DNA of 64,000 nucleotides. It comes from Lingula anatina. Its lineage: Eukaryota; Animalia; Brachiopoda. The notes beneath the pieces are model-generated. The model searched no databases. It saw only the letters and a program-made list of their open reading frames with translations, and was not told the origin of the DNA. The number at the start of each line of letters is the position of its first letter. Within the stretch, counting starts at the first letter, position 1. The DNA lies in contig CM120646.1 of NCBI GenBank assembly GCA_051362555.1, positions 7,316,001 through 7,380,000 on the forward strand. Direction: 5' to 3'. The position numbers were made by a program, and so were the translations under genes. Shown here in pieces: positions 44,078-56,189 of the stretch.

Positions 44078-46603
44078 TGCGTGAATGCGTATGTATATAT
44101 ATAAATACTCAGTATATATGATCGCATTATGCCAATAAATGAATCCAGACGAATTCAGAAGGCAATATGGTCCAAGCAGGTTTATCTCCTGCTTCAATTA
44201 TTATATTAAAGAAATAATTACTGAATTTTCTTCTCAATCTCCATTATCATCCTAAGTCCACTCACCAGTTATTAACTTGCAGTAAAGTGAGATTTGTTTG
44301 TCCTGCTATCTGCCTTTTTTCATCTTCAGTGGGATATGGATGCTAAAAGATAACAAAGCAATTTGCACATGAAACTAAATAGCAATCATGAGAGTATGCA
44401 ATACAAAACTGAACCTGTATGTTGTGGAGGGGACTTAACAGATACATTTTGAAGCATAATATTATTCATGTTCCTTATATTACATACTTAAATAGTGGAG
44501 ACTTTTAACATAACCTCTGCAGGGACGGTATATGAGACGTACTTGATACAGCATTAACAATCAGATAAATTTCTTGGCTTTTTAAAAAACTGGAATCAGC
44601 CTCATTTTCTGATTAAGATGTCCAGTTAGACATCGAAATATTGAGGTAAACTGTTTCAGTATTAAGCTGATCTAAGAAAGGTTATTTTATTCTTATAACA
44701 TTACAGAGCTGATGAAATTCTTCTTTAAGACTACATTTTTGGTCTTAAAGTTTAGACCCACTTTGGGGCTTAAGTCTGGTGGTTAGTTCCTTGGCTTAGT
44801 TGACTAGGATTCCAGTGAAACTGCTGTTACATTGCACCTGATTGGGTAAGTTGTGCCCATGTGACCATGTAACCTTGGTAATAAGTTCCCAGCCAGTAAA
44901 CCCGACTTTTTTTTTTTTTTTTTTTTTTGTGAAACCAGGGCCAGGGGGCTAAAAACACTTAGACACAGACTAACCACTATATGCTGAAACAGCCAAGACT
45001 TCATCACTTGTGTGGCCTGTTTTGGCAGCACGCCTCTCTTGGCCTTTTTCTTGGCTGAATCTTCATCTTCGGACGGAGACAAGGGCATGGAAGGCGTGGA
45101 AGGGTGGGGACTAGTTACTGGAAATAAAGATTAAAATCAATATTTCAGAACATGCAAAAAAATTCCAGATGATTACAGTTCACTGTTAATGAGGATCCAG
45201 GAGAATGGTATACACAGGTATGAGACTGCCATTTAGTGAAAAATCTGGAAAATAGGGCACGAGGTCTACGGGGCTCCCAAAAAATGAGAAGTGTGCTTTT
45301 AGTTGGAAATATCCCAATTCTGTATACATTTAGATCCATTCTACTTCAGTATACAATCATGAGTTATAATAAAATATCAGACATATTTCAGAAAATAGCT
45401 TATGATTTATCTAAGGTTAAGTTAGACTAAAATTTTGGTTTAATAGTTTAGGGACAGATTTTGATATGTAAATTTGGCTTCTGGCGTCGATACTAGTTTA
45501 TGTGCATGACACTAGTGTCAGTACTGTACCTGTTTGTGTGCGTGACACTGGAGTACTGACGGTGGGGACACCTATCTGTGACAGTGGTGTGCTGCCGTGT
45601 ATCACTGAGGCCACCTGTGGCTGCACTGCTGTCTGGATCTGAAACAAAAGGTTCTCATGTCAAATTAAGCTAGCTCGACTGCTTCAAAGCCATAGCAGAA
45701 ATGAATAGCTCTGTCAAGAAGACTACTGTAAACCTTAAAGTACATGAACAGACTCAAAACTTGTTTGTATGTGTACTTTTTGGCATGCATGTCAGACTCT
45801 GCATTTGTGCTTTCAAGCTAGATTGTTTGTGTGCCTTTGTGTGTGTGTGTGTGTGTATGCATATGTGTGCATGTGATTACATTTGTGTGTGTGTGTTTGT
45901 GTGTGTGTGCATGTGTGTGTGTGTGTGTGTAAACCCACAAGGGCACCCTCACCTGTATCGGCTGTGCCACAATTCCCTGTGGTGTCTGCACCATCTGGTA
46001 CACGGTTCCTCCAGACACAATCTGTCCCGGGTTTAGAGCCACCGCGGCTTGCTGGACACCTCCAGCATTCTGTAGCACAACTGTGCTCCCCCCTACTGTG
46101 GTAACCCCAGATGACACCCCAGGGCTACCCTGAGAGAGCCCCTGGTGGGGGGAGTCAAAACTATCATCTAAACTATCCCCACTGGAACTCTCTGTCCTTA
46201 GTATGTTTTCACTCTGGAGTTTTCCTTTCAGGCAGGCGATGTATCTGTTACAGAAATCCTTGCACAGTTCATTTACTTTTTCAAGTTCCAGTAGATGAAT
46301 CCTTAACACTTGTATAGATTTCACCATCTGGAAGTAAAAAAGATATGAAAGAGGTTTTATAATATATAATTAAGCAGTAATATTTAGACTCTGAAAAAAA
46401 TTATACACAGGTGCTTAATCAATAGTCTGCTGCTATGTTATAGGCACAATTCAATGAAAGAAAATTGTTTTACAGAACTGAGATACATATAATTACTTCT
46501 TTAAACTTAAAACAGGCATTTATCACCTCTATATCAGCAAAATAAAACACACACACTCCTATTCTCTCCTAAACAAGGACAAACACTTTTTCCCTCTCAC
46601 TCA

Positions 46604-46684
<81 letters not shown>

Positions 46685-49600
46685 ACCAGGTTATCTAGCT
46701 CGGAGTCATCACTGAAGAATGGCTTGTTGTCCCTCTCCTGCTGCTGGACAAAGGCCTGGATGTCCACATTGAAGCCGTCCGCCGTGGGGCACTCTGGGGT
46801 CTGGGTGGCCTTCTCACACTTCTCAAATAACAAGGCTAACAGGGGGAAAAGGGGGTGCCTGGAAGGAGGAAAATAGCACATAAATTCTTCACAATTTCAT
46901 GTAGCATGGGGCAGAAGACGAAATGACAGAAAATGTAGCATTATTAAAACTGTTAGGTCTTGGCTTTTAGTGTTTAGAAGTTAAATGATTCTATAGATTG
47001 ACAAATGTTTTGCATTTTATTTTCACATCCTTTGTATGTACTGTACATATACTATGTTACAGAATGAAACTACATTTCTTATCATTTTCCATTCCAACTA
47101 CTGAGTAAATGTCACAGGGACAGGAGCGATTACTGTGGAGCTCCTGACATATCTATTATATTTTTATATTCAGATGTACATGTTGATATTTTAAATACAA
47201 TTTATAATGTATCAAAGTATTCATGCTTTTGAATGTTCATCTAACAATATGAACTCAACACACAGCTGCTTTAGTTTCAGAACTTACTTATAGATGGCCT
47301 TCTTGTCATTCTCTAAGGCAGCTTCAGCCTCTTGGAGTTGTACTGATGTAATGGCCTGACCTGTGAACTGGGCCACACTGAAAACATATAGAACCATATA
47401 TGGGTCAAAACACGGTATTTGAAATGTCTCTGACGGGACATTTTAGAGACAATTTTAAAAATTACAGTTGGTAAACGATCCACATGGTTACTTTTAATTA
47501 CATTTTTATTTAGCTGGACCATAAAGGATTATGTAAAACAAGCAGCTAATTTGTACTGAAATTAATGTGGGAATGACAATCACTTAAAGGTCTGTCTCTG
47601 ACGGGACATTTTTGACCCCTGTATTTTTTTACTAAAACTCCAATGCAAAATTCTCTTTGAAATTTCATTTAATCAAGACTTTTGTGATACATATTGCAAG
47701 GTACAAGTCTTGGGAAGCAATTAATGCACAAACAGGCCAGTTTTGTTTACTTTCCTTGGCAGCATGGGCTGTTAAGTGTAAAAAGTCACTGTCTCTGATG
47801 GGACACCTTTGGGCACTATTGAAAAATCTTAGAAAAGAGGTTTAAAAAGCCACATTTTTGTATCTAATGAATCTTACTTGATGGTTATTGCAAAATAGCA
47901 TTTCTGTACATTAGAAAAATCACCAGATGCAATATGTTTAGAATATTAATTAATTATCATGACACAGCGATAAGGCACAGTATAATTTTCACGTAATCCA
48001 CTGTCCATTACTCCTATTTCTCAATATCAATCAACATTTTCCATGATAGTTCACATGATAAATTCTGTTTTTCAATTAGTCTTAGAACACATATCTTTTC
48101 TGCACTTTAGAGATTTTTTTCAACCAGTCACATTAACAGGTGATGGAAACAAGTAAAGTCCACGAGTGTCTATGCTAGGCATTGGAAGGACTTCCTTTGC
48201 ATCTTTTATGGGAATCCATGCTTTGTTTTCTGTGGCAGGGAACACAGTTTCTTTTCCCAGAACTGACTTCCACTTCGCCATCTTCAGTGTCATGGGTGAC
48301 CTAACCTAAGAACTGTTTTACTCCTTTCCTGGCAGCAAACTCCGCAATGACAAAATCTCCCTGGTGAGACTGAGCTGTGCCTTGACTGACATTGTCATAG
48401 TGCGGATGTGCAGGCAAATCAAAGTCCCCAGTCATATGAATAAGTTTAGCATATTAAGAGGGTTGCTGGTACAAAGAATTGGTTGACACAAGAACATGTC
48501 CACGGGGCTAGGGCTGGGGCTGAAGCTGTTGGAAGTGTTGAATTCCTGGAACAGATGGACAGTTTTCCCAGCGACTGCTGATGGGTGTGGTAGCTGCTAC
48601 AATATCTGCTGCAGACAGGTACATTATGTTGACATTGGGGCATTCTTAGCCAGCCAAATAGAATTGATAAGGTGTATATACAACCATTTTTCTCTGGAGC
48701 ACTGCTCTCCAAACCTGATGTTTCATTTCCCCTACGATCCCATCCACTGGTTCTTTGCCATGGGCAGTGGTATAAAAAGTACCACTGCGCTTCCATACCA
48801 AAATCTGTTTCATGATAGTACCATGTTTAGACAGTAAAAACCAACTTTTGAATTGACTGGGGGTTCCGGCTCCGTCTGACCAGTAATGGACTTTGCTGAA
48901 TGATTGCTGGTGTTGGAGGTCTTTGAGAATGGCCTTATTACAAGTGAAGACAGACTGTTTGTTATGGTGCAGATCATCAGATACCACAACATATGGTTGG
49001 AGCTGGAGGTCTCCTTCAGACTCTGTTCTAAATCATGCACATGCAGTGAACAGAATGACCTGCTCACAGTTCTAGTGCTCTGACATGATCTTTGACGGCA
49101 CATGTCAACACCTAATCACTGACAGTCAACCTAGCTAATAATCAGTAATAGTTAATGAATTACCCAGTAATGATCAGTTGCAAAAGAAAAACAAGAAATG
49201 TAACACACCAGAACACTTGAAAATGATTCAATTGAAGATGTAAAACCTTGTGTTTCACATCTGTCAGAAAATGTCCCATCAGAGACAGAAAATGTCCCGT
49301 CAGAGACAATGATAAAATGTGGCAATAAATTCACTGTCAATTGTTTTAATTTTGTAATTTTTAGCTATAATCATTACTTATCATTATTTAAAAGAGGATT
49401 TTAAGTTTCATTTATACAACCTACCAGATGTAGAAAATATGAAAACTTTTCGAAGTCAAATGTCTCTGACGGGACACACCACTCCTAGTGCTAAATAATT
49501 TTTTACTCAAAATAAGTGATATGTGGCAGTTTTCTATGTTGAACTATTACTTCTGATTAGTTTAACATATTTGGTTGATATAAACTTGAAAAAACAACCT

Positions 49601-49818
49601 AATATCTGACTCAGGCCAATATGACCATGTGTCCCGTCAGAGACAATTTTTTTTTCCTTTTTGTTTCCCAGTGGCTCACAGAAAAAGTACTGGGAGTATA
49701 TCAATGAAACTTACATTATCTGAAAATTTGATTTGTTTTCTACAAAAATGTAAAAATTTTAAATTTCAATGAAACAAAAAAAATTTTGACACCCATGGCA
49801 CCGTTACCGTGTTTTGAC

Positions 49819-49857
<39 letters not shown>

Positions 49858-50698
49858 AAAAATTCTTCCAGCAGGTTACATTCCTTGAAATTGCAGTTGC
49901 TGTTTGACAACTTAAACTTTGGGCTTGTTCAGAGATTTACTGGTAATTAATGGTGAGGTCTGAATGTTTGAGGGCAACTGAAATCTCAGTGAGCAGGTGA
50001 CCGTTTATGTCTAACATTATCAGACATAAAAAAACTTTCTGGAGATTTAGCAACACAGAAAATACTTCATCAGCTGGGAGTCCAGGGCTGCCTTAGGTCC
50101 CATCGGATGAATTAAAACAGTTCTGAATACCATGATCCTGTAGAAAAAGCTCATATCTGCCATCTCATTTTTAAAACATACGTGCACTTTAGATTGAATT
50201 ATTAACCAGTAAACCTTTGAGCATGTTAACCTTCAAATGTTCATAAAACAAAAATGACAAACTTTTAAACATATTGCCCATTGTACTGTTTTCACATACA
50301 CCTTACTAGTAATTATGCTTCGTTCAGTCCGTGAGGAACATAACCACTGACCCCAAAACACACATCAGTAAAATTGGAGCTGTTCCACCAAAATCATGTA
50401 AATTTATTCAGTTAAACATCCACTGTTCAGGCATTAGTCAGGTAAACTAATCATTAAGGTGGCCTATAGAAGGACCAGTAGGATGAAAAGTTTTTTCCTT
50501 GCACCAATTGCTGTTTACCACAAGAAAGTCCCACCTGTGAGCAGCCGCCTCTCCCTGTGCCTGGGCCACTGCTGCTGCTGTACTGACATGAGCCACATGA
50601 TCTGCTGGGACCAGGTGAACCCCAGGGTACCCTGTCACTGGAATCCCCTGGGTGGCCAGGATGGGGACCACACCCGCGGGGTGGGACATGGCCATCAT
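42807..50698 (-). CDS. PKNOX: TALE homeobox protein PKNOX/Prep (PKNOX1/2 family), ~544 aa, 9 coding exons
   Basis: Exons 50535-50698, 47288-47377 (..[10 protein letters not shown]), 46687-46858 ([15 protein letters not shown]), 45953-46327 ([26 protein letters not shown]), 45530-45638, 44975-45117 ([22 protein letters not shown]), 44266-44342 ([26 protein letters not shown]), 43614-43864 ([24 protein letters not shown]), 42807-43060. KRGVLPK and RILQPML point to Prep rather than Meis. Confidence 0.95.
44003..44068. repeat. (AT)n microsatellite
   Basis: Long perfect AT run in a PKNOX intron. Other microsatellites: (TTTA)n ~2345-2410, (GT)n(GA)n ~29457-29496, (CT)n(CA)n ~46607-46682. Confidence 0.9.
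47402..49820 (-). mobile_element. Sola2-like DNA transposon, decayed, in a PKNOX intron
   Basis: TIRs GGGTCAAAACACGGTA / TACCGTGTTTTGACCC, ATAT TSD and repeated subterminal TGTCTCTGACGGGACA motifs. Minus-strand transposase fragments [13 protein letters not shown] and [17 protein letters not shown]. The superfamily assignment comes from recalled motifs. Confidence 0.75.
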
Positions 50699-53509
50699 TT
50701 AAGGGCAAGGGACCTCCACCTGGGCCATAACTGGAAAGGAAATCAATGTGCATTATCTATTCATTCTTCAGTTTCAAAATGTTACATGGCATGGTTATAT
50801 TCATATAATAGCAAGGTACATATTATATCATGAAGCCTTTTGGAAATAGCAATTACTAGTGAAATCTTGTCCCAGCTAGGTATTAATACCCCACCTGAAA
50901 TTTTTGAAAAAATAAAAATAGAAAAATAAATAAAAGACCAACAGTACCACAAAGTTCCACATAAAAACAGAAAATCTCAACTTGATCTCTGACCATTTAG
51001 TTTTCAATCCAGTGATCTTACCATGTTTGCTTCAAATTAAAGAGACTATATTCTGACACAAGACCTTCCCGACTTTTCTTAGCCATTCCTTTTTTTTATC
51101 TACAAATGTATAAAATGGCACACCCTCTTCCTTATAAACAAATTAAATAAAATTACTATCTCTGCCAAAACATCACATTTATATCCGCTAAGTGAAATTG
51201 TCAGAATGTATGTTATCAAATCACATTAACATGACATGACATGGTCGTAACTGCTAAAAAATATTAAATAAACCACAAAAATACCTCCTGTATTTTCAAT
51301 ATTTTAAGCTAGGGTGTTGCATTCCAAAAGCTTCACATATCTTGATAAAAACCGGTATAATTTATACTTTCTGCTTCAAAATAACAACATGGGACCAGTC
51401 TTTTATAACAGTGCAACACAATATCAAGTGTAAATAAAAATGACAAATTTATATCATCAATTCAAAACTCCAATTAAATCCATTTTCAAAAATAAACAAA
51501 AGGAAAAAAACATTTCTTTAAAAAACACATCCCTTTTTGGCCCCTTTATTTGTGAAAAACCACACCATTCCCCTTCCATGCGTCCTACCTATCAATCACA
51601 GTAATGTAATACAAGAACAAATGTCCCTTGTCTTGATCAGTAATACCTACTTTTATTATGGAGGGAGGAGCCATGGTATTATTTATTCCTTGCAGCACAC
51701 GATCAATATGACCTGCCGTAATCTTACTTGACTGACATCTAGTGAATAAAAGCTCAATATATCTAGATCACATGACATCCAGCACCATGGCAACAACACC
51801 CATATATGGAATATGACCCGACCTTTCTTAATATGTGCCTCGATGCACCGGATAATGCCTACAATAACTGCATGAACCATCAAAGAAATGTACCAGTATA
51901 TATAGCGTGAATAGGTCATAGAACAGATAATCATGTTACTGTGATGGCATTTTTAAATGAGCGTCACTGATCTACTATGATTTAATCAAGCTTTATTTTT
52001 ATAAATTCATGATTTTATACACACATCTAACAAGTTGAACTGCATGCAGTCAGCCACACTAAGAAACTTACGAAAACTTGGGGCAAACCGAGCAGTCACG
52101 ACTGTTTATATCTTTATTTTACAACTCTCAGGAAAAAAGAAAATAAAAACATTTTCATATTAATCACGTAATAATTAGTCAATCTAAGTCTGGTTTCAAT
52201 AAAACTCAACAAACAAATACATGAAGATATTCCTATATTTTATGAAAAATTACTGTCATTACCCAAACCTTTATTCCCAAAGCAAATATTCGTTTATAAG
52301 CACGTTGGCCACTATCTCAGTTGCCGTACTCTCTGCATACTACAACCGATGAAAATAACTATTATCAACAACAGCAGTATCTATCACATAAACTTAATAT
52401 CAAATATATGAAAACAAAGATAAAAAAACGGTATATGAACAACTTAATAGCAGCAAGATACGGAACAAAACGCCCCACACGTAAGGTCAACGGGAAGTCC
52501 CCGTGATATGGCAGTAAAGCACGTGCTACGTAGAGCCCTTTGTCATCATATCAGTGGCCAAGTCACTCACAGGCTGCGGGCCCACCCTCTAATCAAAGGG
52601 GTTTGGCCTAGATGAAAAATAAATGTATAAACGGGCTGTTCTACATTTCTGACGGCTGCTATGTAATATGTTACTAACAGCATGTCGAGAACATGCAGGG
52701 CTTTGTTTTTGTTTAGCTTTTGTAGGAAATGTGAAATGTGTACATAACAGGACTCGTAATTTTCTGCTGCTGAACATATATTGTTTGCAATAATATCGTA
52801 GACCTAATGGATTGTAAAACCTATGCACGACGTTTGGCGTAACTATAGCCTGTTCTTAATTATGATTACGACCTAAACATAATAGACGAGTCACATACAC
52901 TTTTTTTTTATCTTGCAGTTAACATTAACAACGAAGGCAAAACGCAAACAACGTGATTAGTCGGAGTCCAATTTAAAGTAACGTTTAAGTAAAACAGTAA
53001 CGTTTTCATAGCACACACTTACAAGCATTTAAGTGCTAGTATATAAGCAACCACATGTGTTACATTACTAAAATATTTATGAAAAACGCATTATCATACG
53101 TTGTGCTGGAACATGTATCTCAAATCTACAAATTTATTGCAATCATTTATCAGTATGATAAATATAAAGAACAAAGAAACTATTTCCAGTGTGGAAAGCA
53201 TTTCCTGGCCAACCAAATCGACCGTATGTTGTGAATTTCACTCATAAGCGAGCCCACACGGCCAATATGAACAGCAGTCGATCCCTCTGAATGGCACGCT
53301 GAATAACCATCCGTCACTCTTTGTTCACACATCAAACCTAAATCCCTCCGAAATCTCGCACCTCCTCCATTCAATCAACGAACACATGACCCAATAATCT
53401 TTCATTCTACGGTCTAATTGCAACATCACAAGGTACCGCCCCGATTGCCCAATTATCGTGAAATGTAAATAAGTTGTCTGTGTAATTCTTTATGGTCATA
53501 GCTGTCCTA

Positions 53510-53668
53510 TGAGTGACAACCTTACCTGAAATAGACACTGTCAATCTGCGTCAAAATGGCGGACGTCAATTATGTCTTGACCCACCCCGTTCTTGATCAC
53601 GTGACCTGAAAGATGACGTCATTTGACCCGTCAAAGCAAACTGAGAGCGAGGCTGAAGGGGGAATCCC
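53510..53668 (-). promoter_or_regulatory. Probable PKNOX promoter / non-coding first exon
   Basis: Minus-strand donor CAG|GTAAGG at 53526; YY1-like CAAAATGGCGG at ~53552; E-box TCACGTGA at ~53597; CRE ATGACGTCAT at ~53613; kappaB-like GGGGAATCCC at 53659-53668. Confidence 0.55.
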
Positions 53669-54223
53669 TTAAGAAATTTGTTGAAAACTATGCGGCATTC
53701 CTCAGAGTTGCAAATTGAATCTGTCTTGGAAATGGAACAAAATTGATTGTACAGTTGCTCCCAAATGTTATAATTATTTTTATTTCTGATTTGAATGTCG
53801 ACTGTAGTTTCATTCCCGAGCCCTAGAGTATGATATAGACCTAGAAGCTGGTAGGAGACAGGGCAGGCTTGGAGGCACTGAATAGGCTTAGATAGTTTTG
53901 AATAGCTGATTTTTTTTTTCGGTTTCTTAGAGAGATTAGATGGAAGTCTGGGGTTTATTTCTAAAAAAAAAAGTATACCTTTATCTACTTTTATTATTTA
54001 TTTACTTTCTTTTCCTCACATTATTTATCCATCCGATAATTTATTTATTTTTGCAAAATGTAATTTGCTGTTAACTACTTTGGTTAACTTCAAATATATA
54101 GTGTGCATTTTCACAAGCGCACTTGTAACCTGTGGTGCAGCTATCATTTCTGACATTTTAGTATTTTCGGGCTTGATAAATTACCTTGTCCCAGAGAAAG
54201 GGGCAGTTCGTTCGAACTCTCCG

Positions 54224-54254
<31 letters not shown>

Positions 54255-55728
54255 AGCCTACGGGCCTGATAATAATCATGATTAGTCCAATTTCTTGCAA
54301 AATACTTGATGGGTTATAAGAAAAAAAGGACTCGAAAAGTAGGGAATATATATCGGTACTGGTTTGTAAAAATAAAGTAAAAAAAAGTAAGAATCACAAC
54401 TTTTCTGACGTCAGCGATAATAGTCTAGTACTCACCGTCTATAATTGTGTCCCGTAAGAAATCCGAAAATAGTTTATACCACTTTATTGAAAAACCCTTA
54501 CACTGGACGGTGTCCTTTGTGCGACCATGTTACTGGCATCGCTGTGGTCGTAGAAATGAGGCACAAGCATCGCTTTGGTTGCAGAATGAATGCGTAATTA
54601 TCGGCCAGTTGTCAGTATTATTTTTTACTCTCAAACATGTACTAGGGACTCATAAAGCGCCTACCAATGTAAAGGGGACTTAATGTTGGTATTACTTTCC
54701 CCTCGATTTAAGCTCAAAGAAGGGATAACGCGTGACTCCCTAGGTTGTAAATATCGAAATATGCGCGTGCGAGTGTCCACCATTTAAGACGATAATGAAA
54801 TTCGATGAATCATCGACGAGAAAAGAGATATGATGGCTCTATCTGTTCACATTGTGTTGTAGTTTTTTAATTAGCTTGGTGCAGGTCTTCATAGCTAAGT
54901 TCGACAAATACTAAAGGCGGAAATCCCTTCTGAAGTCCTCAAGTGTATCGCAAAAAAATTGTACTAAGTGATAATTTTTATTTTGTTAATGGGATAGATG
55001 CCACGGTTTGTCATCACTGATTAGAGCGATGTGATAAACACTACAATAACGGATCTGCAGAATTTACCGAAAATGTACAGGGGCATGTTTTCCAGGATCA
55101 TTTGAAGGATGTGAAGCCGACCCTCCCCACCCCTTATTTTGGTATTTTAGAGGGCGAACGACGCCTTTTGATACGGTTAAGATTTATGATTCAGCTAGTC
55201 AAAATTCTAATTTCAAGAGGGTGGCAATTTGGTTTGATTTTTCTTTCTCTGAAATCAAATCTGCCACTACTGAAAACAGTAAGTGTGGTCATTGTTGTAT
55301 TAAAATGTGATGTCTTTATTTCCTGCATTTTATTTTCTTACATTCTCGTGATTACTATCACCTTATTTTATTAAAGAATAAGACAATAGCAAAGACAACA
55401 TAAAGATTTTCCAGCACTTCGGTCATTGATCCATTTTGTCCAAAATTAACTTAGATCACATGTTTACGGAAGAGGTGTTGTCGCGTGACATGTATTTTGC
55501 TGTTTATCTCTCCTCTGACCGACTTCGACTATGTCAGATAAGTTGATCGATCGATCGAGAACAGTGCCTGGGCCATCAATCTTTACAAAGGAAACTACTT
55601 ATAAATCGATTGCAATCGTCAACGGATCCCGAAGGAAGTCGCATAACAAGCAACAGGTTATAAGATGTAAGTACAATTGCAGTTTTTTAAAGCTTTGGCT
55701 GTTGTTTTTTAAAACTTGTAAAGGCAAT

Positions 55729-55759
<31 letters not shown>

Positions 55760-56189
55760 TTTTTGTACTTTGAGCGGTGTGAATGGCACTCCATGCATTT
55801 AGATAGCAGCCATGCTTCAGCGCATGAAGTCCGTAACTTCAAAACCACATATATGCATATATATTCTTCATTTTTAGGTTCTTAAATGAAAGATTATTCT
55901 AGCTAACAATATCTTTGTTTACAAAAGTATAAAACGCTACTTCGGGCTACAAGATAATCGCGTTTTACGGGATGATGCGGCATTTATCTGAAATAGAAAC
56001 CAAACTGTGTTAAAAATAACATCAGGCCCTTGCATTACTATGTAGTGCTTACATTTTCAGAGTGTAAATGATGAAATTTAATAAATTTTCCGACACTACT
56101 GCCTTCGTTTTTTATAAACGAGCAAACAAACGCGTTACTCTCCCAGCAAAAGCGTCACCTCTGTGTTAAGTGATTCAGAAAATCATGTC

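Noticed and set aside
43939-44197. ORFs with IYIY or CVCV/HTHT runs (also 45701-46104)
   Set aside because: They are translations of (AT)n and (GT)n microsatellites in introns.
47426-49645. Recurrent TGTCTCTGACGGGACA repeats as a CRISPR-like array
   Set aside because: Spacing is irregular, both orientations occur and the context is eukaryotic; they are subterminal repeats of the DNA transposon.
42807-50698. MEIS/homothorax identity for the TALE gene
   Set aside because: The homeodomain [10 protein letters not shown]...RRRILQPML and downstream QRFWP motifs match PKNOX/Prep, not Meis (KRGIFPK...RIVQPMI).
53100-53114. Possible upstream coding mini-exon MFQHN for PKNOX (and MAPPSIIK at ~51651-51674)
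   Set aside because: Both donors are phase 0 and would splice into a frame of the next exon that stops after 11 codons; there is no support without transcripts.
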